From Camelus dromedarius (Eukaryota): a stretch of DNA of 64,000 nucleotides. Where the stretch lies: contig NC_087437.1 in assembly GCF_036321535.1 (NCBI RefSeq), forward strand, positions 99,946,001 through 100,010,000. The letters run 5' to 3'. The notes under the pieces were generated by a model that saw nothing but the letters and a program-made list of their open reading frames with translations, was not told the DNA's origin and searched no databases. Both the position numbers and the translations under genes were made by a program. This document shows, piece after piece, positions 11,230-23,502 of this stretch (position 1 is its first letter; each line of letters opens with the position of its first letter).

Positions 11230-13140
11230 GCACTCAATAGGAGACTGGATGCTCAGATAAAAAAGGTACAAATATAAAAGAGGAGAAAAGGTAGAGTAAA
11301 TTAAGGCATTGGTGTGAACTTACAGTTTTTACTTACAATTACACATAGATATGTGTAGATGTGAGTGTGTATACACAGATGTATATTTTCCAACTGCCCT
11401 CCAAGAAGTCCTAAAAGTAATGTCACCCTGGAAGTAATGAATACACACCTGATTCCAGATTGGGGATTTTAAATCCATTCTCCAATTTAAAAAATACAAA
11501 AAACAAAAACATAGTTTCTTGGGAAAATGGCTGATTCCAGGGCTTGGGCTAGGAAAAATATAAGATTAACCTAGAAAATTGTGTCATGACAGAAAGTAAG
11601 AGAGCTTATTCAAAGGTTGATAGGGCAACTTCAAAAGAGCAGAGACATTGACCTAAAATAATAATTTGTTATAGGAAAACAGAAATGGATGAGAAATCTG
11701 TACCTTATAGTAGAATGCCAACTAACAAATAAAGAAGGAATAGTGGAATTGGACAATCACCTTTTGGCAATAATCACAATAATAAAATTGATTCAGGAAA
11801 GACTCATCAATGGTGTGAAATTAGTTGACCAAGGTTTGATTAGGAACAGGATATTTATTTACATTGTCTCAAGGTAATTTTTCACATAATATTTTTATTT
11901 ACATGTTAATGAACAAGTTAGAAGAAAATGATTACTTAACTTTAGAAGGGAGAAATCTGGCAGATACTATTTTAAACAAGTGGTAAAAATTAACGTCACC
12001 AGTTGTGGGCCAAATTGTTTGCCCCCTAATGGGATGGGTTGAGAAGAACATTGCATTACTTTTGTAATATTCCTGCCAAAAACTGCCCAACTGGAAATAA
12101 ATCACATGGAAACATCATAGAACACCTATATTTTAAAAAAACAAGTCAAGGCTATGAAAAATAAAGTTGAAAGAATCTAAAATACATAGCTTCTAAATGG
12201 AATGTGTGATTCTGGATTGGTTTATGGACCAGGAAAGAAATGAGGAAAAGAATAAACTATTTTATTCTATAAAGATGTTATTTGAAAAACTGATAAACTG
12301 TGAATGTCTGGGGATTGGACTATAGTATCGTATATGTATTAATTTCCCTTTTTTATTTGTGTGTACTAGAATTATAGAGGACAGTGCCCTTGTCTTTAGG
12401 AAACATATTGAAAAATTTGAGAATTTTGGGCATTATATCTGCAACTTACATGCGGCTCAAGACAAAAAGAGAAAAGAAAATGTAAAATTCTAAAAATTGT
12501 GGAATAAGTGTGAAGGCTTGTAATAATAGTCTGGTTTCTCCAGAGAAATAGAACCAATAGGATACATGTAGATCTATTAAAGGAGATGTATTATGGTAGT
12601 TGGCTCACGTGATTATGGAGGCTGAGATATATCATGATATGCCCTCTGCAAGCTGGAGAACAAGGAAAGCCAGTGGTATTCAATCCAAGTCTGAAGACCC
12701 AAGAACCAGGGGAGCTGACAATGTAGCTTCCAGGCCAAGGACAAAGGCCCAAGACGAGAACTCCGATGTAGAAATGAAGGAGTAAATGGATGTCCCAGGT
12801 CAAGGAGCGAGAGAGAGAATTTACCCTTCCTCCTCTTTTTTGTTCTGTTTGGGCCCTCAGTGGCTTGGATGATGCCCACCACTTTGGTGAGGTTGGATCT
12901 CTTCACTCAGTCTACTGATTTAAATGTTCAAGTCTTTCAGAAACACCCTTACAGACACATCCAGAAATAATGTTTTATCAGCTATCTCAGTATTCCTTGG
13001 CCCAGTCAAGTTGATGCAATCACTTGACCTAATCAGTTGACACAGGTTAACTATCACAATGTTATACTGCAGTTCTTTGAACATTTTCTTATGACACTTC
13101 TGAAAATTTTAAATTATTTCAAAGTTAAAAGTTAATCCAA
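11230..13140 (+). mobile_element. Old L1 (L1MC-type) 3'UTR, interrupted by an MLT2 LTR
   Basis: gggaaaatggctgattccaggg, gtagaatgccaactaacaaat, ggagaaatctggcaga; terminus aaattatttcaaagttaaaagtt follows the LTR. Confidence 0.8.
12519..13058 (-). mobile_element. MLT2 (ERVL) solo LTR
   Basis: ttctccagagaaatagaaccaatagga...ggctcacgtgattatggaggctgag...cccagtcaagttga...ttaactatcaca; TG...CA ends. Confidence 0.92.
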
Positions 13141-13523
13141 AATAATGCTATTGCTGTATCTTCAAATTCAATCTCTCTTTCACCTCCTCACTGTTCTCAA
13201 TTCTTCCATAAAGGCTTATGAGTTTATTAAAAAAAAAAAAAAGCCAGAGAAACTTGTGGAACTCTTACCTTCTACTCTTCCACATAGCCCTTTTTGAAAT
13301 GAGGAAGGAAAACAGAAAATTCAGACACAAACTCCTCACATGATGCATGTTGTCTCTTTGCCTTAGCCATTATATAAAACAAGTGTAAAAATCTATAAAA
13401 ACACCAACTATGTAGTTACAATTTTCTGCACTACCTAAGTTGTTCTAATTATTCTTAGAAAGCAGAAGTGTGATAAAAATGTAATTTGGAAAAGTGCTGA
13501 GTGAGCAAGTATTAAGGTAAATA

Positions 13524-13865
13524 GAGTTGTTCCTTGACATCTGCAGGGGACTGGTTTCAGGACACCTCACTGATACCAAAATCCATGGAAGCTCAAGTCC
13601 TTTGTATAAAACGGCATAGTATTTGCATATAGTCTACACACATTCTCTTACATACTTTAAATCATCTCTAGGTTACTTTTAGTACCTAATACAATGTTAA
13701 TGTTATGTAAATAATTGTTAATACAATATAAACACTGCAAAAATTTGCAGCAGATTCAAGTTTTGCTTTTTGGAAAGTTCTGGAATTTTTTTCCAAATAT
13801 TTATTTTCCAACTGTGGTTGGTTGAATACAAGGATATGGGACCCGTAAATAGAAAGGGTCAAATG
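13524..13865 (+). mobile_element. MER2-family TcMar-Tigger MITE
   Basis: ta|gagttgttccttgacatctgcaggggactggtttcagga...gataccaaaatccatgga...gggtcaaatg|ta; TA flanks, ~340 bp. Confidence 0.88.
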
Positions 13866-14384
13866 TATTTAATTAAATATGAAGCCAAAGTCACATAATA
13901 ACAACACAGAATAAACTACAGGGTAAAAAAAAAAAACAGAAATTGTATTAAAATCAATTGTTATTATAATTTTATCATTAAAGTTTTACTAGTCAGAGTT
14001 CTAAATTTTAACATGGCCATACAAGAACAATTATTTTTCAGTGTAGGAAACAATCTGCCCCTATGGGCACAGTATGTGCATTATGAAACTAAACATATAC
14101 CCACTTCCAGCTGAAGTCATTGAAGAAACAAGACACTTTATTACTCATTTTGTTGCTATATATGTTACCACTGCTGGTGAAGTCACCCCAAGTTACTTAG
14201 CATTACTTTCTCCCTATGGAAAATAATGACTTAATCTTCTCTTTCATTTCTGGCCTCAAAGATTTGGTTGATGGTGGCAATGCAATTTCATTAAAGCAAC
14301 CCCAAAAATTAAAGCTTTATGCAGTATTGAAGATGCCTTCTGATTATTTTCAGAATTAGATTTAAAATAACAGTCCTCAAAGAC

Positions 14385-14965
14385 AAGAAATTCTGGAATG
14401 GCAGAGAAGAGAACTTCAAAAATTGATTCTTTCACATAAGCAATAAAAACATTAGATAAACTATCAAAATCAACCTTTTCAGAAATCTGGAAGTTAACCA
14501 AAGGCTTCCAGTATTCCAAGGGCCATTTATCAAGAAAAAGAGTTGAATCCTGGTAAGAACAGTGGTGAGCTTTGACTTGACCAGTTCCCATTCTCTTTTC
14601 CCCAGTTCCATGATAACCTTGGAAATCAGCAAGTCACTCAAACACAGAAACTGTGAAAAACAGCACATTAAAAGTCAATGTGGGGTGAGGTGCAGAAAGG
14701 GCTTGGCATCTACTCCAAAACTGCAACCCTAGAGAATCTTCCACAGTTTGACCTGTCAGGTATCTCCCTGAAAAGCCCACTCACAGGGCTTCTCTTCTTT
14801 TGACTTGACTAAGAACCCCCTCAGTGTGAACAGCATTTTCTCCAGGGCATTTATTAAAAAAAAAATTGGGTAATTATTTGAATTATTTGGGCAATTACTT
14901 AATATCCTAGCTGCCAGAGGCAGCAATACCATTTGGGGCGAACAAAAAACATGAAAGAAAAATTC
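14385..14965 (+). mobile_element. Old L1 5'UTR (L1M3/M4-type)
   Basis: ttctggaatggcagagaagag...aaaatcaaccttttcagaaatctggaagttaaccaaaggctt...ggtaagaacag. Confidence 0.7.
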
Positions 14966-14967
14966 AG

Positions 14968-15980
14968 GCAATTAGGCAATTAAAAGTAATAAAAGACACC
15001 CAGATTGGAAGGAAAGAAGTAAAACTATTTCTGTTCACTGATGATATAATCTTGTATGAAGAAAATCCTAGGGATTCTATAAACACATATGCACGTACAC
15101 ACACAAATGTTTTTAGAACTAATAAATGAGTCCAGCTAAGTTGCAGGATCAATACACAAAAACCAACTGCATTTCTATATGTTAACAATGAACAATCAGA
15201 GATAAAATTTTTTAAAAATTCCACTTACAATAGCATCAAAAAGAACAAATACTTAGCAATAACTTTAACAAAAGAAGAGCAAGAATTGTACACCGAAAAC
15301 CACAAAACGTTGAAATAAATTAAAGAATATCTAAATAAATAAGAAAATATCATTTTAATACATTGGAGGGCTTGACAGTATTAAAATGACTATGCTTCTA
15401 CATTGATCTGTAGATTCAACACAATCCCTATCAAAATCTCAACTTTTTTTTTGCAAAAACTGACAAGCTTATCTTCAAATTCACATGGAAATGCAAGGGA
15501 TCTACAACAGGCAAAACAGTCTTGAAAAATCAAAATTGGAGCACTCATTCTTCCTGGCTTGAAACTTACTACAAAGTCACAATAAAAGAAAGGGTGAGAT
15601 GGACATAAAAAGATATACATATACACATACATACATACATATGTAATAAGAGTAGGATTGAGAATAAAGAAGTAATCCCATTTTGTTAGGTTTGGTAATT
15701 TACATTTACTGTCAACTGATTTTTGACAAGGCTATCATAATAATTTAATGAGGAAAGAATATTTTCAATTATTAATTCTGGGATAACTGGATAGCCAAAT
15801 GCAAAAGAAGAATGTTGGACCCTTATCTCACAGTACCCAAACATTAACTCAAAATGGATTATAGAAATAAATTCAAGAGCTAAAACTATAAAACTCCTAG
15901 AAGAAAACATAGAAGTAAATCTTTGCTACCTTGTTATTAAGCAAAGGTTTCTTAAATACGATATCAGAAGTATAAGCAAC
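14968..15980 (+). mobile_element. L1 ORF2 fragment (RT C-terminal half), degraded
   Basis: Encodes [30 protein letters not shown] (cf. FADD motif); later ctataaaactcctagaagaaaacatag. Confidence 0.92.
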
Positions 15981-17505
15981 ATCTCATAGTATTTGTCTTT
16001 CTCTGTCTGACCTATTTCACTCCTTTGTCATAAATTAATTGACCACATATGCATAGGTCTATTTCTGGTGTCTCTTCTACTTCACTGATCTATGTGTCTG
16101 TTTTTATGCTGATACTACGCTGTTTTGATTACTATAGCTTTGTCATAGTTTGAATAAAGGAGCATGATGCCTCCAGTTTTGTTCTTCTTTTTGTTCTCAA
16201 GATTTCTTTGGCTATTCAGGGTCTTTTGTTGTTCCATACAAATTTTAGGATTGTTTGCTCTAGTTCTATGAAAAATGCCATTGGAATTTTGATAGGTATT
16301 GTATTCATTCTGTAGATTGCTTTGGGTAGTATAGACATTTTAATAATAGTAATACTTCTAATCCATCAGCATGAATCATCTTGCCATTTATTTGTGTCTT
16401 CAGTTGCTTTCATCCATATTTTATAGTATTCAGTGTACAGGTCTTTCACTTCCTTGGTTAAAATTACTCCTAGCTATTTTATTTTTTGATGCAACTGTAG
16501 ATGGAGTTGTTTTCTTAATTTCTCTTTCTGATAGCTTATTAGTATATAAAATGCATGTTTCTGTATATTAATTTTGTATCCTGCAACTTTACTAAATTCA
16601 TTAAGTAGTTCTAATAGCTTTTTAGTGGAGTCTTTAGGGTTTTCTATATATAATTGTCATCTGCAAATAATGACAAGTTTTACTTCTTTCTTTCCAATTT
16701 GGATGCCTTTTACTTATATTTGTTTCCTAATTGCTCTGGCTAAAACTTCCAATGCTATGTTGAATAAAAGTGGCAAGAGTGGGAATCCCTTCCTTGTTCC
16801 TGATCTTAGAAGAAAGTTTCCAGCTATTCACCACTGAGCATAATGTTAGCTGTAGGCTTGTCATATATGGCCTTTACTATGTTAAGGTAGGTTCCTTCTA
16901 TATCCATTTTGTTGAGAGTTTTTATCATACATGGATCTTAAATTTTGTCAAATGCTTTTCCAGCACCTATAGAGAAGATCGTATGATTTTTATTCTTCAT
17001 TTTGTTAATGTGGTGTATAACATTGATAGATTTGTTGATGCTGAACCATTCTTGCATCCTTAGAATAAATCCTCCTTGATCTCGGTGTATTATCCTTTTA
17101 ATTTAATGTTGAATTTGGTTTGCTAATATTTTCTTGAGGGTTTTTGCATCTATGTTTATCAGTGATATTGGCCTGTAATTTTCTTTTCTTGTGGTCCCCT
17201 TGCCTGATTTTTGTAATGCTGGCCTCATAAAATGAATTTGGAAGTGCTTCCTCTTCTTTTATTTTTTTTTGGAAGAATGTGGGGAGGATTAGTATTAATT
17301 CTTCTTTGAGTATTTGGTAGAATTCACCCTGTGGTCCTGGAATTTTGTTTTTTGGGAGGTTTTTGATCACAGATTCAATCTCCTTGTTAGTAATCAGTCT
17401 GTTCAGATTTTCTATTTCTTCATGATACAGTCTTGGAAGGTTGTGTATTTCTAGAAATGTATCCATGTCTTCCAGGTAGTCCAACTTGTTTGTGTGTAAT
17501 TATAA
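15981..17505 (-). mobile_element. L1 ORF2 fragment joined to 40 bp of 3'UTR
   Basis: ORF 17098-17484 ([53 protein letters not shown]) is L1 ORF2. Confidence 0.95.
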
Positions 17506-20500
17506 CTATAATACATAAAGGATATCTCTGAAAATTACTGAAAAAGTAGTAGAATATCTCCTTATGTCATGTGGCTCATCTTTGGCTTAAGGCCAGTTAT
17601 CTGGTTAGATTATGTTATATTTTAATTACTCTCTGAACATATAACTGATAAATGTAAACACAAAAAAACTCAATGCTCGTTACATTATCAGTGACAAATT
17701 CATGACATTTTCTGTAAAGTTTTCCATTCTGAAAATATATTTACAATTACACTCAGTGTAATGTAAAAGCTGTGTAAGACTCAGATATTCCTAACCAATG
17801 ATTAAGGTAGAAGCCTGGAATTAGTCATTATTTCATTCTGCTGTTCAATTTTTTTTTAAGCAAAAAAACCTAGTTCCTTCTCTGTGTCCCATATGTAAGG
17901 TATAAACATAACAATTTCAATAATATTACTAATGATTTTGCGCAAAGCAAATGTCATTTGGAAGAACTTCTCTCATGTTTTCTTGTGGAACTTTATAGCT
18001 AAGACCTACACCGTAGGTGAATTTTATAAACTCTTAATGTCCACTGCTAAAAATGCTAAGCATTTCATAGCAATAATTTTGACAAACCCTTGTTTACATG
18101 TCTAGCTTCCACAGATTCAGGTCTAGAAGAAACTGTCTTCTTAAACCATTTGTTAGAATCTATTGTTTTGAGGTTTAATTAGTAAGAATCAAATATGTTT
18201 TGGTTGGACATGCTACATATAATTCATTTCTGCAAGATGTAAAAATATGAACAAGTAAGTTTTTTCTTAAAAGACACTTGATATACTAATGAAAAGTAAA
18301 TAGTTAAAAATCAAAAACGTTTTTAAAGTAGCTTAATGATATAGATGCTATTTTCTTAGTTTAATTACTTGAAGTTCTTAATATAGTCTTGAATTATATT
18401 ACAATATAGTCTTGAATATAAAATTTTGTTATCATCATTAATTAGTAAAGTATTTTAACTCTGAAATGATATCTATCCTTTTCAACTGATTAATGGATTT
18501 TCAATACAGAAAATATTTTAAGTGATTTTCCACTCCACGTTACATCTAGAACATTCTATTCATCTATAATGCATATCCAGATCCCCAAAATAAATTAAAA
18601 TGATATAGTTTTTTGTATTGTTGAAATTGATTGACTGTGATGATAACCTTTGTGAGCAAATAATTGTTGATAATGTATTAATTGGAGATGAAAAAATGAC
18701 ACTGAATTAGGCATTCACTATTTAGTATCACAAGTGTTGAATCTGACCCCAAGGCTGATGAGGTATCTGTGGCCAATCCCAAGATCAAAGTTGAACTTTA
18801 GCACATACAAAGAAGACATATACAAAGTCAAGGTAAAACATGTCACCCAGTATTCTTTGGAAACTTGCCAGGCATCAGTTACACCACCCCAACATTCTAG
18901 AGAAGGTGTGAACTTTACAGTTCGCCTAAAACAAATATGCACAGAGAGGTATTCTTAATGCTCTTTGCTTGAGGTAGCCAACATCATTATTAATTCTTCT
19001 CTTGTAAAACAAAAAAAATTTGCAAATAACACATCTTCTGTCACAAATCCAGTTTCAAAAGACAACCATATGTTTAAAGTGCAACAAAGACTTTTCAATC
19101 TAATCTCTTCCACTTTTCTATTAACTGACTTTCTTACTGAATTTCACTTCATTATTAAAACTGACTGATTCACATCAGCTGAGCTGTCGAAATACTCACC
19201 TGCAGAAAGCAACTCAGATTCAGTTCTTTGTGTATATTCACATTAGACACATGAAGAAATTCAGAGCCATTAGTTGTTAGATTTCCTTAGAGAAGGTGGA
19301 AAATGTGAATTTATGTGACTTAAATGGCTGAATATATTTTGGAGAAGGTATCTATTTTACGTCTTTTGTGCACCTTAAAATGTTAGACTCTAAAAACCCA
19401 TTCTTGGCAACATTCTCCTTTCTTAACCTTGTCCACTTTATGTATCTCTGCAAAATGCCCCATTTCCATTGACACCAAAGCAAGTTCTAAACTCCAATGC
19501 ATTCAGCAGTCTGGGGATGGGGTGGGAAGCAGGTGAGTTTCAACAGAAACCATTCTCTTTGATTTCATTGTAAACATATTTTATTTCAAACTCTGTCAAT
19601 ACTAAGGCAAGGAAGACAAATTCTTAGAGTAAACTGCATTTTAAACTATTTGAACCACGAGAGTGAACACTCACGGGGTTAATCTAAGTGTTTTGTCAAT
19701 ACCAGCTTTAGTGTTTCCACAGGCTTTATAAAATTTTTAGAACTTAGTTTTGTTGTTATTGTTTCTGTTTTGTTTTTTACAGAAGCTTTGGAACTAAGTG
19801 TAAGTTATCAGTCTGAAGGTGGAGGTATTTTAAAAGTCTGAGTTACCATTTGACAAGAGTCTAAGTTATAACTTGCCCCCCTAGCTCGAGTGTCTGTACA
19901 GATTTTCCCATTCTCCCTTTTGAATCCTCCACAAGATACATCCATTGTGTCTTATTGCATACCAAAACTCTTCCTGAGCTGCCTTAATCATATTTCCTTT
20001 GGCATAGAGCAACCCCGAAAAGGATATGGGATGAATAAAAAAACATTCATGAGTTTTTACAAAGTAAACCCATGAGTTTGTTTTAAAAACAAACACTAAG
20101 TGTTGTTTCAGGAAAGTCTTGCCATTTCAGTAGAATTTGTAAAGGAAAAACATTTTCGACAGCACTGTCACATATTGGGTATTGGGTTTATAGCATCCTG
20201 TCCAAACATAACCTTTCTTATGTTCTCTTTTTAAGCAAAAAGATGTGTATTCTGTACATACACAAATCTATGTATATATGAGTGTGTGTTTAAAATAATA
20301 TTCACTGAACAAAAAGAAGCATGAAACACAAACACTGAACAAATATATATGGATTAAATCAGAGTTTAGAAAAATAGTTCCCAGGGATTTCAAGGCTTGA
20401 GAAAAAAAAAAATCTTAACCTTATGGAAGACAAGATTAGCTCCACACTGACCATTTGAGTTTCATAGCAAAGCAGAGTGAAAGAACATACAAAAGAAAAT

Positions 20501-20825
20501 GGTGGGAAAATGAGTGTAGCTATGTATTACAGGAACTACAAATTCATTTATTAGAAAATAAAATCTTATAATGGAGAACCAACTAAAATACATTTATCAG
20601 GCCTAACCCTTGGAATGGTCATAAGATAGAGGTTAGCAATTTTCTTCACACAAAAGAATGCTTCCAGAACTTTGCACCCTATCTCTTACCAAATCTACAT
20701 GATCATATTCAAGTTATCTTTTCTTCCAAAAACATGTTGTCTGATTCATGTTGTCCCTCTACCACCCAATATATTCACCATCGCATTTCTCAAGCTACAG
20801 TATAGTTTTTGATTTAACTCTGTTT

Positions 20826-20942
20826 TCGCCACTAGACTACTATCATTTTGAAAGCATGGGTATGTCTTTTCCATTTTTGTATTTTCAGTGCATAAACCAT
20901 AGTAGTCTCTCAAACAATGTTAGTTGAATGAATGCATGAGTG
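20826..20942 (+). mobile_element. L2 3' end
   Basis: ccactagact...gaaagcatggg...catagtagtctctcaaacaatgttagttgaatgaatg tail. Confidence 0.7.
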
Positions 20943-22138
20943 ACAACTTCAGAGAAAGAGCATTTAGGAACCACTAATGATAGTGTGGTCATTATGAGCC
21001 TAGATCTATGCTTAAGTCTTTTACTCATGTTTCTCACATCAATATAGTAAAGTGGCTATTTTACATATGAAGATACTCACATTTAAAAAGATTGACTACC
21101 ATGCTTTGGTCTTCACAACTATAAGCGATGGAGATTGTTTAAATGCAACAATCCTTGATTCCAAAGATCTCTGTTTTCTTCCTGAACCCTGCTGTCTCCA
21201 AGGGGTAGAGTCAACCTTAAGAAGCAGAGAATTCAAAAAATTATAAGGTTCAGTGGAGACTGCCAAGAAATAGCTTTACATCCTTAACCCTCTGTCATGC
21301 TGCTATTTCTTGTTTTTCCCTGTATCATCAAACACTACCTTTCTAAATATTTTTTTACCTTTTAACATAGGATAACTTTATTGACTCCAGCTTGGATTGT
21401 CTCCTCTTTGAAAGTTCATCAGAAGTCCATTCTTTACTAGTTTTGAAAGGACTTCTGATGCAGAGTTGACTAGTCACAGTCCTCATTTCATGCTATGTTA
21501 TCAGCACCAGCCCACGCAAACCCACACTTGCTTTACTTATTGCATTATATTCTCATAGCCCATGCCCTTCCGTCTCCTATTATAGGCAAACAGTCTCATG
21601 GGCTTAACATAATTTTGTGTGTAGGTGTTCTCTCAAAATGCATACTTTTGGTACACACATACTTTTAAAATTTATATCAGTTATATTTTGTTGTATATCT
21701 TATTATTTACTTTTATGAACACATTTAAAAAATATATCTTTGTTGATATGTATACATTTAATACATTGTTCCACAGTGTGCATCTAATTTGCTACCAGAA
21801 CCACCTGGAAACGCTCACCCTTACCAACTTCTTCTATACTATTTGTGAAAGCATATGGAAACCAAATAAACGGAAAGGAAAATCAATTCAGTGTCACCTA
21901 ATCTTTCACCAAGGGAGATTAAAGTAAGTTACATACAATATATTAATGAAGCACTTTGTGTTTATACTACACATGCTCAGAACATTCACATGTTCATAGC
22001 TGGATATTTTGTAGGAATATTGTGTGATATGCAACACAGTATGAGATGGAGGAATTATTAAAAAAAAGCTTGGCTAATAAAATAATATGAACTAGAGATA
22101 AATTATGGAGAGGCTATAAGGACTAAAAGTTCTTTTTT

Positions 22139-22228
22139 TAATGTCCATGAATAACTGAAAAATTGTGCTGAACACTGGAATTTGACACAACATTGTAAAA
22201 TGATTATAAATCAATAAAAATGTTTAAA
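22139..22228 (+). mobile_element. ~90-bp young L1 3' tip with perfect 14-bp TSD
   Basis: ataactgaaaaattgtgctgaacactggaatttgacacaacattgtaaaatgattataaatcaataaaaa flanked by aaaagttctttttt twice. Confidence 0.9.
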
Positions 22229-22334
22229 AAAAGTTCTTTTTTAAAAAATCAGTTAAATAGTAACATTTACTTGGAGACAAGGAAGTATCATCATATAAAC
22301 AAGTTTTATAGACTCTTTTATAATCTCCTTAATT

Positions 22335-22740
22335 TCAGCTTTCTTTAAAGAGTAAGTTTATGGAGCACTGTGACACAGACATTTTAATTCAATTTTGATA
22401 ACCAGCAAGTTTGAAGTTATTATCCCAATTTACTGGTAAGGAAACTAAGATATTGAGTAATGTGCAAAAAACTGTAGAGCAAAGGCAGGGCAGGAACTGA
22501 GTCAAACATAGAGCTGGAGGAGCAAGGCTTGAGTCAGAAATATTTGACTCAAATCTCAACTATGCAATTTATCAGTTCTCTGACATTTGGCAAGTTACCT
22601 ACACTCTCTGTGCTTTAGTTTCTAATCTGTAGAATGAAGTTATTGTTGTCTATCTAAAGAATCGCTGTGGATATTAGAGATACTTATAGAGTGTCCAGAA
22701 TAGTCTCTGGCATATAATTGGCATTTAATTAATTAATTAA
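22335..22740. mobile_element. Two MIR fragments (minus ~22335-22480, plus ~22505-22740)
   Basis: ttattatcccaatttactggtaaggaaactaag (minus core); ttggcaagttacctacactctctgtgctttagtttctaatctgtagaatg (plus core). Confidence 0.75.
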
Positions 22741-23384
22741 GTTAGTTATTTAGTTATTTATGTATTTATTCTCTCTAAGCACACACATTTCATGGAAGAA
22801 AAATGGCATTAGAGTCTATGCTTTGGGGGCATAAATTAGGAACTTTCTCCAGGAAACTAGTTACATCTTTAATCATTCAATATATGATATTGTTAAATTA
22901 TACTTCCAAAGCATCTGATGTCTAACCTAATACAGTTTGTGTCTTTACTTGCCTTGTTCTGTCTTCTCATTATCTACTAACCAGAGTAATTTTCCTCTAC
23001 CACCAACCATCTTTCTGGCTTTTTGCCTGGATCACGTTACTAATTTTCTCAGGGAAGCACCACATTTAGAACCCTTCACAAATGAACTCCACCTACTTTC
23101 TAAATTCATCCACTTCTGTTGCCTCGGCCCCAGCTTGGGAAAGTTCTGGTCTTTATCTTGCCTTCACTTTTCCTTATCAATTCACTTGCCCCAACATGGC
23201 AATCCCCCTGCCTCTTCACTTCAAATTTCCATCCATTCTTCAAAGGCTCAGAAACCTTTGTCTTCCCTTTACCTTGATGTGAGTGAGACAGAGCTCTTTT
23301 GAACCTTTGAAATTTGGACAAAGTTTTTTCCTCTCCTCATATGGCATTTATACAGAACTTCAAATTTGGATTTTCAGCTCATTC

Positions 23385-23502
23385 CCTGGTTAATTAAAGC
23401 TTCATGAAAATAGAAGCCATCTCACTCATTGCTCGTCCACTGCTCCGCCTAGTATGTAAGACCTTATACGCAGTTGGTGCTTTGTAAATATTAGTTGAAC
23501 AT
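23385..23502 (+). mobile_element. L2 3' end
   Basis: aagcttcatgaaaatagaagccatctc...cagttggtgctttgtaaatattagttgaa. Confidence 0.55.

Noticed and set aside
17098..17484. 128-aa ORF
   Set aside because: L1 ORF2 fragment with deletions and a frameshift.
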